DNA of 64,000 nt from a virus: the IMG/VR virus record IMGVR_UViG_3300042507_004023, one strand, 5' to 3'. The notes beneath the pieces were generated by a model, which was not told the origin of the DNA, searched no databases, and worked only from the letters and a program-made list of their open reading frames with translations. Position 1 is the stretch's first letter, and every line of letters starts with the position of its first letter. This document shows positions 17,045 to 25,800 of this stretch, piece after piece. Both the position numbers and the translations under genes were made by a program.

Positions 17045-18982
17045 ATGAGTGACTTCAACGGATTGCCTACCCCTTATCAGTCTTTTATCCATCTTTCGCG
17101 TTACAGCAGATGGATGCCAGAAAAGAATCGCAGAGAAACATGGGAGGAAACCGTTGCTCGTTATTTTAATTTCTTTGAGAAGCATCTTGAAACCAAGTGT
17201 GGATACAAGGTGGAAAAGTCGGTTCGCAACGAACTTGAAACTGCTGTTCTGAATCTTGAAGTGATGCCTTCCATGCGAGCATTGATGACCGCAGGCGAAG
17301 CACTTGAGCGTGACCATGTTGCAGGCTACAACTGTGCGTTCGTTGCTCTGAATCGTCTTCGTGCGTTTGATGAAATTCTTTACATCCTCATGTGCGGCAC
17401 AGGCGTAGGCTTCTCGGTTGAGCAGCAGTTTGTAAACAAGTTGCCAACCATTGCAGAAGAGTTCAGCGATAGCGATACTGTAATCGTTGTTGAGGATAGC
17501 AAGATTGGTTGGGCAAAGGCATACAAGGAACTAATGTCGCTGCTTGTTGGCGGTCAGATTCCAAAGTGGGATACTTCAAAGGTTCGTGCTGCTGGCGCAA
17601 GACTCAAGACTTTCGGTGGCAGAGCATCTGGCCCAAGACCACTTGAAGACCTGTTCCGTTTCTGTGTTGATACCTTCAAGAAGGCGGCGGGACGCAAGTT
17701 AACTTCTATTGAAACGCACGATATCGTTTGCAAGATTGCTGAGATTGTTGTGGTTGGTGGCGTTCGTCGTTCCGCTCTCATTTCTCTATCTGATCTGAAC
17801 GATGAGCGTATGCGTGGAGCCAAGACAGGTGCATGGTGGGAAGCCAACGCACAGCGAGCCTTGGCTAACAACTCTGCCGTCTACAAGGAGCGTCCTGAAG
17901 TTGGAACATTCATGGAAGAATGGCTATCACTTTACAACTCTAAGTCAGGCGAGCGTGGCATCTTTAATCGTGATGCTGCCAAGCGAACTGTTGCGAAGTT
18001 GGGTGATCGTCGTGATCCAAACCATGAGTTCGGAACTAATCCTTGCTCAGAGATTATTCTTCGTGATCGTGAGTTCTGCAATCTCAGCGAGGTTGTGGTT
18101 CGCAGAGAAGATACTGAAGAAACTCTGAAGCGTAAGGTTCGTCTTGCTGCTATTCTTGGCACATGGCAGGCTAGTCTTGTAGACTTCCGTTACCTGTCAA
18201 GCGAATGGCGTAAGAACTGTCAGGAGGAAGCCCTGCTTGGTGTATCTCTCACAGGCATCTTGGATAACCCAATCATGCGAGATAATCGTGAAGGTCTACA
18301 CAATATGCTTAACGATCTTCGTGAACATGCCGTAGAAACAAACACAAAGTGGGCGAGCAAACTTAAGATTTCTCCTGCCGCAGCGATTAGTTGTGTGAAG
18401 CCAAGCGGAACCGTATCTCAGTTGACGGATGCGGCTTCAGGCATTCACGCTCGTCACAATCCGTATTATATTCGCACCGTTCGTGCAGATCGCAAAGATC
18501 CTCTGTGCCAATTCATGTTGGACAAGGGCTTCCCCGCAGAGCCGTGTGCCATGAAGCCAGATTCCGTCATGGTGTTCTCGTTCCCAATGAAGTCGCCCAA
18601 GGGCTGCATCACACGAAACGATATGACTGCGGTTGAGCATCTTGATCTGTGGCTCACCTATCAGAATCATTGGTGTGAACACAAGCCGTCAATTACTGTA
18701 ACCGTTCGTGAACACGAATGGGTTGAAGTGGGTGCATGGGTCTACAAGCACTTGGATGCAGTATCAGGCATCTCGTTCCTACCACACTCGGATCACTCCT
18801 ACAAGCAGGCTCCGTATCAGGACTGCACCAAGGAGGAATACGATGCGTTCGTATTGCGTATGCCTAAGGATGTGGATTGGACTGAGTTAAGCAAGTATGA
18901 AAAGGAAGATAATACCTCAGGCACTCAAACTTATGCTTGCTCGGCTAACTCATGCGAAATCGTAGACCTCGTGGCAAACTGA
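17045..18982 (+). CDS. nrdJ: Class II (adenosylcobalamin-dependent) ribonucleotide reductase, monomeric RTPR type
   Basis: SFIHLSRYSRW, MPSMRALM, YNCAF, GTGVGFSVE, VVGGVRRSALISL, GTNPCSEI, FCNLSE, CVKPSGTVSQL, C-terminal CSANSC; no nrdB nearby. ATG 17045 has an AGGAG RBS. Confidence 0.9.
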   Translation: MSDFNGLPTPYQSFIHLSRYSRWMPEKNRRETWEETVARYFNFFEKHLETKCGYKVEKSVRNELETAVLNLEVMPSMRALMTAGEALERDHVAGYNCAFVALNRLRAFDEILYILMCGTGVGFSVEQQFVNKLPTIAEEFSDSDTVIVVEDSKIGWAKAYKELMSLLVGGQIPKWDTSKVRAAGARLKTFGGRASGPRPLEDLFRFCVDTFKKAAGRKLTSIETHDIVCKIAEIVVVGGVRRSALISLSDLNDERMRGAKTGAWWEANAQRALANNSAVYKERPEVGTFMEEWLSLYNSKSGERGIFNRDAAKRTVAKLGDRRDPNHEFGTNPCSEIILRDREFCNLSEVVVRREDTEETLKRKVRLAAILGTWQASLVDFRYLSSEWRKNCQEEALLGVSLTGILDNPIMRDNREGLHNMLNDLREHAVETNTKWASKLKISPAAAISCVKPSGTVSQLTDAASGIHARHNPYYIRTVRADRKDPLCQFMLDKGFPAEPCAMKPDSVMVFSFPMKSPKGCITRNDMTAVEHLDLWLTYQNHWCEHKPSITVTVREHEWVEVGAWVYKHLDAVSGISFLPHSDHSYKQAPYQDCTKEEYDAFVLRMPKDVDWTELSKYEKEDNTSGTQTYACSANSCEIVDLVAN

Positions 18983-18987
18983 CCCCC

Positions 18988-18994
18988 ATAAATA
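18988..18994 (+). promoter_or_regulatory. Late promoter ATAAATA inside a hairpin over the ruvC-like start
   Basis: CCCCAT-AAATA-ATGGGG inverted repeat (18984-19000); GTG start 5 nt after the motif. Confidence 0.6.
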
Positions 18995-18999
18995 ATGGG

Positions 19000-19539
19000 G
19001 TGAAAATTGTAGGAATTGACTATTCGCTATGCTCGCCGTGTGTTGCTGTAACCACAGACGGCGGGCTATCCTACCAAGCCCATTATCTTACTTCGACTAA
19101 AAAATTTCTAGGTGATTTTAAATTTGGTAACTTTTTAATAAAAGGATGGGAATATCCTGCTTGGACGACACCCGAGGAACGCTACCAGGGGCTCTCAGAA
19201 TGGGCTATACGCCTCGCTGGTGCGTCCGACCAAGTAATGATAGAGGACTACGCTCTTGGAGCCAAAGGGCGTGTTTTCCATATCGGAGAGAACGCTGGAT
19301 TATTAAAATGGAAACTGTGGAACTCTAAAATTTCTTTTAAAGTTGTAGGCCCAACAGTTCTTAAAAAATGGGCAACAGGCAAAGGAAATGCCGACAAAGA
19401 GAAAATGCATGCCGCATTCCAAGAGCGTTTCGGATTAGATTTGCAAGCCCGTCTAGCAGGCGATAAAGGCAAGATAGGCAATCCGGTAAGTGATGTGGTA
19501 GATGCTGTTTGGTTGTGTCAATACGCTATAGAAAATTAA
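19000..19539 (+). CDS. ruvC: RuvC-like Holliday junction resolvase
   Basis: IVGIDYS (catalytic D), MIEDY (E), PTVLKKWATGKGNADKEKM, SDVVDA (D..D); in-frame GTG at 19000. Confidence 0.8.
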   Translation: MKIVGIDYSLCSPCVAVTTDGGLSYQAHYLTSTKKFLGDFKFGNFLIKGWEYPAWTTPEERYQGLSEWAIRLAGASDQVMIEDYALGAKGRVFHIGENAGLLKWKLWNSKISFKVVGPTVLKKWATGKGNADKEKMHAAFQERFGLDLQARLAGDKGKIGNPVSDVVDAVWLCQYAIEN

Positions 19540-19609
19540 ACTGCCACCACATTACCAATAGTAATACTACTGTTGTTTTATGGATTTATTGGACATAATT
19601 TATATTTTC

Positions 19610-19945
19610 TCATATTCTTGTAACTTCAGGATAAACCGTAATCATACCTTGAACAACACGCTGAACTTGTGTTCCATTTGAGGAATGCAATTCCACATCG
19701 TAAAAATAAACACCAGGCTTAACCGCAGCAGATCCTGTTGGGCCTAGAGAAACTATGATGTTTCCTGTTCCTCCTGTAAGGGAAGTTGTTAGGGATATGG
19801 CGGTTTCTGAAGTGTAATATTTACGCATCTGACAATAGGCTGTGCTGCCAGACAAACTGATGGCAACTCCTGCGCTGTCTTTAGCAACAACGCTGAACGC
19901 AAAGTTTGAGCCTTGATCCATATCGTGATTGATTGATACTGCCAT
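19610..19945 (-). CDS. Conserved T4-like virion protein (Ig-like beta sandwich)
   Basis: DQGSNF..., QMRKYY.S, G.Y.YDVEL, RVVQG.I.V.PEVT pattern typical of a small structural family. Confidence 0.65.
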   Translation of the reverse strand: MAVSINHDMDQGSNFAFSVVAKDSAGVAISLSGSTAYCQMRKYYTSETAISLTTSLTGGTGNIIVSLGPTGSAAVKPGVYFYDVELHSSNGTQVQRVVQGMITVYPEVTRI

Positions 19946-20484
19946 TACTTTACCCTCTGTGCTAAGAAGTATTTACACGATACAACATTTCCGTTATAAC
20001 TGCCGCACATACCTCTACTACGCCATTCGCCGGGAAGAGCGGCGTATGCTGACGATTCTACAACATTACCATTGTTCCAGTGAAATACCTGTTTAGTTTT
20101 TTCGTTATCGTCTACACGAACATAGATGTTTGTCATGCTTGAATTGACGGCAGGAGCGTTTTCTAAAAAAAGATCTTGGTTTTCAACAGGCGAACATAAA
20201 ACTGCAACCGATACTATTGTTCCCACAGGATAATCGCAATCGGTTACACTAATAGAATTAGACGCAAGACACGGAAGTTGAACTCCAAGCATTTGTTGCT
20301 CGGTATATCGTTTTGCTTCGGTTAATCCTTCACAGATTTGCTGATCTGTTTTGTTTTTAAAAGCAAGCAACAACTCGTCTACTGTTTTTAAAGCATTTGC
20401 AACTTCTTGTTCTGTGTGTCGCTTTGCTTGAAACAGATACGCTTTGTTTTGAGTGTCAACATGTAATTGTGTGGATACATCCAT
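19945..20484 (-). CDS. Hypothetical fibre-associated protein
   Basis: AKRHTEQE/AKRYTEQQ coiled-coil stalk repeats; C-terminal LPGEWRSRGMCG..FLAQRV resembles fibre tip ends. Confidence 0.5.
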   Translation of the reverse strand: MDVSTQLHVDTQNKAYLFQAKRHTEQEVANALKTVDELLLAFKNKTDQQICEGLTEAKRYTEQQMLGVQLPCLASNSISVTDCDYPVGTIVSVAVLCSPVENQDLFLENAPAVNSSMTNIYVRVDDNEKTKQVFHWNNGNVVESSAYAALPGEWRSRGMCGSYNGNVVSCKYFLAQRVK

Positions 20485-20486
20485 GA

Positions 20487-21302
20487 TTAGATAAATTCTA
20501 GTTCATCCACCGTAATGGAAAGATAGAAAGTTCTGTAGTCACCACCAGAATCAGCAGAATCCCAATTGAAACGATAACGAACATTGCCGTCAAGGGTTCC
20601 AGTTCTTCCCTGTAATCCTCCGGCAGTATAATATTCTTCATCAAATCCCATAATGTGAACACCATTTCCGAACGAATTGTTTTGTTCTTCCGATGCGTCT
20701 TGATGAAGAACCAACCAAGTGTTTTTACCACTCAAATTGATTTGTTCCCAAGTGGTTCCACCATCTAAACTTCTAAGAACTATACCATCTCTTTGACTAC
20801 CTTGGGTGTCGGTTGTATTTCTTGTTATGTGACCAGCAATAGTCAAAAACATTTTAGTTCCCGTAGTTTTTCGTGGAGTTACAATCACTTCAACATAAGT
20901 TCCGTCATCGTAACCAATACCAGTGGTTGTATAATCCGGATCTCCGTTTTCAATAAACGAGGCTTTGCAGGCTCTTTGTAAAATCCCACCACTAAAATTT
21001 AATTTAGCAATTTCTGCATCGGTATAAGCATTTGCTTCTTGTTTTGCTGTGGTAATGTCTAAGTTGGTTTGTGTGTTTTGCAGAACATCTTGTTCATCGG
21101 AGTGACGATTTGCTACCGCAACACCAGAATCAACAAGTTCCTGTGCTTCTGCACGACTTATACCACCTGCACCACCACCACCAAGTTGACTAACGGTAGC
21201 AAAGTGATTTGGATCGGTTCCAGGAACTCCTAGAACTTGAGCCTGAACTGTTATCTGACTGCCTGCTGCTGGTTGTATTGTGTTTACTTTTAATTCCGAC
21301 AT
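20487..21302 (-). CDS. Fibre-type protein with MSELKV N-terminus (1 of 3)
   Basis: Shared N-terminal MSELKV(N/D)TI; coiled-coil segment then a beta-rich domain. Confidence 0.55.
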   Translation of the reverse strand: MSELKVNTIQPAAGSQITVQAQVLGVPGTDPNHFATVSQLGGGGAGGISRAEAQELVDSGVAVANRHSDEQDVLQNTQTNLDITTAKQEANAYTDAEIAKLNFSGGILQRACKASFIENGDPDYTTTGIGYDDGTYVEVIVTPRKTTGTKMFLTIAGHITRNTTDTQGSQRDGIVLRSLDGGTTWEQINLSGKNTWLVLHQDASEEQNNSFGNGVHIMGFDEEYYTAGGLQGRTGTLDGNVRYRFNWDSADSGGDYRTFYLSITVDELEFI

Positions 21303-21305
21303 AGA

Positions 21306-22157
21306 TTATCCTAGATAAAAAATTAGGGCTGTTGCGCCTCGACTAGTTCCAATACTAGGCAAAGATAGTGAGAAAGTATATGTGCCGCTAGAAGATACAG
21401 CGAATTGTGTAGCAGTTGAAGAAGTAATTTCTATAAGTCTTCCGTGTCCAGCATCACCACCTCTATTGTTTAGATGACTGTTTGTTGTAGTAAACGATAG
21501 AGATGTGGCTGATAAAGTTTGTAGTGAGTTTGAATTTTGATTACCGTCATTAAACTGAACACAAGAGGTAAATACTACAGCATATGTGCCTTGTTTTAAT
21601 GTTATGGATTTACTTACTGCACTTGCCGGATTATTGGGAAGAGAAATATACTGAGTATTTCCTTTACTCATATTATCAACATAAGTCTTGTTAGCAAGAT
21701 GATTGCCTATGGTTGGTAATACTGAACAGGTTGGTGGTTGGTTTGCAAAATTAGTTGCTTTCTCAAACGATGCGTCTTTGACGAACTGCGTCTTGTCCAA
21801 GAATCTTGTTGTCTCTGCTGCGTCTATCGTAAGTCGTTCTGTATTATTGACTCGTATACTCAAACTGCTGTCGGATTTGGCGTGTAGTGATGCCCATTCT
21901 GTGCTGCCTTGGTTGTTGGTGAATTGCAGAGTTGAATCGCCAAAACCCGGGCTTGTTGTTGCAGTTAGCGGGGCACGAATTCTAACACCAAAGTTTGAAG
22001 CGGGAACTGTTACCACTTCAACTGAACCTTCCATGTTTACTTTACCTTCAACACTTAAATCATAACCACTTCGGTTAACTCCACCAATCCCTACAGGATT
22101 ATTGATTTTTACTGTGCCGCCAAGACCGCTAATTGTGTTTACTTTTAATTCTGACAT
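21306..22157 (-). CDS. Fibre-type protein with MSELKV N-terminus (2 of 3)
   Basis: Shared N-terminus; HLANKTYVD fibre motif. Confidence 0.6.
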   Translation of the reverse strand: MSELKVNTISGLGGTVKINNPVGIGGVNRSGYDLSVEGKVNMEGSVEVVTVPASNFGVRIRAPLTATTSPGFGDSTLQFTNNQGSTEWASLHAKSDSSLSIRVNNTERLTIDAAETTRFLDKTQFVKDASFEKATNFANQPPTCSVLPTIGNHLANKTYVDNMSKGNTQYISLPNNPASAVSKSITLKQGTYAVVFTSCVQFNDGNQNSNSLQTLSATSLSFTTTNSHLNNRGGDAGHGRLIEITSSTATQFAVSSSGTYTFSLSLPSIGTSRGATALIFYLG

Positions 22158-22166
22158 GGATTATCC

Positions 22167-22874
22167 TTATGAAGTTGGCACACGCATGATGTAGCAAAGT
22201 GCGTAGTATGGAGGAAGATTCTTTCCTGTTCCTGATTCGCCAGCAGAAGCAATAGTTACATTTGTTTTGTCTGTGTTACTAGTGCTGTAAAGCCATAGAT
22301 CTCCACCGCCTTGAGAACCACCGCCAGAAAGGCGAGATAGTCTACTCAATCCGGGTTTACCACCAATATTTGTTGGGGATAAACCACCTAAATTATCATC
22401 TGTAACAAAGAAGTGACCGTGACCTGGATCTGTAATTGTATGAGAGTGAGCACCAACAACAGCATCAGGTGAACCGCCGTTTTGATTTACGGTATAAGAA
22501 TCTCCTGCTCCAACTATAAACTTATTAAGCAAGTTTGGTGTGGTGTAACCAAAAACTACTCTTCCATCACACAAAGCCCATCCTGCGGGTATAGAACTTG
22601 CTAGTCCATACCACATAATAATACCACCGAATGGAAACCCTTCAGTCCACACAGGAGGAAGTCCTGAACCTTGAGAGGTGAGAACTTGCTGTGAAGTTCC
22701 AGGCGTGTTATTTACAATAGAACCAACACGAAGAGGGCCAAGAACTTTAATTTCACCAGAACTTGTCACTTCAAACTGTTCGGTTCCAACAGAGTCCTGA
22801 ACCACAACTCCAGGAGTTATTACAATCTTTGTGGCTAGTGCTGGACTAATTGTATCTACTTTTAATTCTGACAT
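22167..22874 (-). CDS. Tail-collar domain protein with MSELKV N-terminus (3 of 3)
   Basis: PFGGIIMWYG...IPAGWALCDG...TPNLLNKFIVGAG...HSHTITDPGHGH...NLPPYYALCYIMR. Confidence 0.85.
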   Translation of the reverse strand: MSELKVDTISPALATKIVITPGVVVQDSVGTEQFEVTSSGEIKVLGPLRVGSIVNNTPGTSQQVLTSQGSGLPPVWTEGFPFGGIIMWYGLASSIPAGWALCDGRVVFGYTTPNLLNKFIVGAGDSYTVNQNGGSPDAVVGAHSHTITDPGHGHFFVTDDNLGGLSPTNIGGKPGLSRLSRLSGGGSQGGGDLWLYSTSNTDKTNVTIASAGESGTGKNLPPYYALCYIMRVPTS

Positions 22875-22882
22875 GGTTTACC

Positions 22883-25800
22883 TCATAGAATCTTCCAAAC
22901 AAATCCTGCGTCAACGGTTACTATTTTTCCGCTCACTATACTTATGCCTGATCCAGGATCAATTGTATACACTCCGCTTGGAGTTTCTGGGAAAACTTGT
23001 GGGTTAAGATTTATAGTTGCATTAATTGTGGTTAACCCTGTGGAGTTGAACATACCGCCGTAGAACATGCCTTGAGTTGGCACAGTATTCCATGCAGGAG
23101 CAGCACCCGTGGTGTTTCCTGCAAACATGTGTGGCCCAATCTTGATGCCCGAGCCACGAACTTCAAGCGACATGGTTGGATTGTTGGTTCTGATACCAAC
23201 CATACCACCACTATTTCCTGAACCGCCTGCCACATACACACCCCAATAACGGTGAACCCCTGTTAGACTTTCTACAGTTAGGTGCAGATCTTTGCTCACA
23301 CCTGCAACAACTACCGCAGCATCTCCGCTACCTGCGCCTGTGGTGTATCCACCCATCAAGCGAAGATCATACGATTGTCCTGTCCAACCTACATTTGATG
23401 GGAATGGAGACACAAGATCTATCATGCCGCCAGATGCGCCACCTACAGTTAGTTTACCCCAACCGTATGGATTTTCTAGATCTACAAATGCTCCCTGAGA
23501 AGTAGCCGATCCTGCAAAGAACCGATACTTGCCCATGCCTGCAAAAGTTAAACCAGCATTCATCACAGGACTGTAGTGCGTATCTCCTGTTTCACGAGAT
23601 AGAGCCTGCATGTTGTAACGAGCATTGGCTCGCTTCTGTGCAGTCATACCGCTGTCGGTATGCAATTCCTTCTGTGGTTGAATGTCGTGACGCACATAAC
23701 GCTCATCGTGATTGTGCCCCGTCAAGATTAGAGCATTAACATTTGGTCTAGCACGAATGATCCAATAGGTTACTACTGCTGGTGGATACAGATAATCTCC
23801 GTAAACTCTTACAGTTCCTGTGGCTCCGCAGCCAGTGCAACCTTGGCAACCCGAGCATCCAACGCAATCAAAGATGCCGTCAATACGGTAACATGGACGA
23901 GATGCATCGCAGCATCCGCAACCTGTGCAACCCGGAGGCTGAACAGGCTGACAAATGTTGTCTTTCATCCACGCACAGTCTACTTGACCGAACGGATCTG
24001 AAGGCGGAGAACCCACCCATCCTTGAGCCGCGCACTCTTGGCAAAGAGTTCCACCTTGACGGCACAAATCGCAGTCTGTGCAAGTCTTAGACCAAGAAAC
24101 TCCTGTGCAAGTGTTGGTTCCTGAAACTGTTCCTTGGCAACCATTCTTGACACATTGCCAACAAGCGCAACACTGTTGTCCCACGCAATCCGTTGCAGGA
24201 TTTACGCAATCCGCAGTTCCGCAACCGCTGTCTTCAAAGCCTGGAATACAGACTCCGCACTCGGTTTCTGGTGTTCCAGGAACTAGTTCTGCAATAGGAG
24301 GCTGAACATCTATCTGTGTTGATACATTTCCTGATCCTTTGGAAGTTCTTCCATCACCAACACCAGATCCTGTTGTGAAGAAGGTTGGAGACGCAAGATT
24401 TACTTCAATCTTATAATCAAGAGTGTGCAACACATCGCCAAGCACCATTGTCGAGCCATTATCAAATCCTGTGATTCCTGAACCTGCACCAAATATGGTG
24501 CGGTTTCTGAGATCGGGAATTAGTAGAGTTCCCCATGTGCTTAAGGAGTCGGTTCTATGTCGTCCATATAGACGAATCGAGAAATCTTCGGTTTGTTGTC
24601 CTGCTTGAGCAAGCAGAGTGATGAATTGAGTTCTATCGTAGCCGCTTTGAACAGGATTGCCGTTTATCTGCTCACGCAACGCTAGAGTCACTTCATAATC
24701 GCCGCTTGCTGAATAAACGCGAGCATCGCGTTCTGCCACAACAGCGTTAATTATCTTGGAGAAGATAACAATCTTGACAAGATCTCCTTGAGAAGTGTTT
24801 CTACTTGCTGTTGGTGGGGCTTGTAGACTTCTGTTACCACCCTTTACATACACATCAACAAGAGTTTTGCCGCCACCAGAACCTGCTTGATTGCCGTCTT
24901 CGTCGGTGAATGCTTGCGCTCTAGTTTCCAAAACCTTAAGGTCGGCATAGTATTTCTGACTATCAACTCTTCCGTCTGAAGTTCCTATGACATTGTAAAG
25001 TTCAGGATACAATCCTGGTCGAACTTTCTTGCCATCACACAACAACCATTCATCTGTTAGTTCGTTCAGTAGTCCTGTGTAAGACATAACTGAACCAACA
25101 GGAACTAGACCACGAGGATAAATTTCGTCGGAAGCAGAACCGCCAACAATCATGCCTGGTTCTGTTAGAACTATGCCTGTAGCAAAACGATTTGACGGAG
25201 TTCCTGTTAGTGATACAGGAATAAACACATTCTTTTCAATGTAGTATGGATCACCAAAGGTTGCACCAAAATCGGTTGTAAGACCTCCGCTCAATCCAAG
25301 CATCAGGGCAATACCTGGTGTTACATCGCCAGGAACTGGAATTGTTGCAAGACCGCTGTGGGTATACAAGAACTCGTTTGCGTTCAATACTTCGGTTACA
25401 ATACCAAGAGTGTCTGCAAGATCTACCGACATTGGGCTTGCTTTAATATACTTCGCAGCAGTTGCCCCTTGAACAATAGAAACTTCTCGAATAATAACAT
25501 TGCCTGCGGTTAAACCGTGGTTGGTCTGAAACACACGAATTCTGTTCGAATCCGAATCCAACCAGTTGGCATTTATGCGACCACGATAATCGGAAATTGC
25601 AATGCTGTATGCTGTGGAGCCCTTGTTGCCTTCGTTTGGTTCGGCTGCTCCACCGTAAGCATATCCTGTGGTCGCTCCTGCACCATCCAAGTAATCAGCA
25701 TTGAATCCCTTGGCAAACATGTTGGCTGTTCCGCCAACAGTTGTAGAGAATGCAAATGGGCCGTTTGTTAAACCGTAAATTGTTGATAGTGTATATTCTG

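Noticed and set aside
17045-18982. Intein or group I intron in nrdJ (also checked thyX and primase)
   Set aside because: All have normal length and continuous motifs; no splice or homing-endonuclease signatures.
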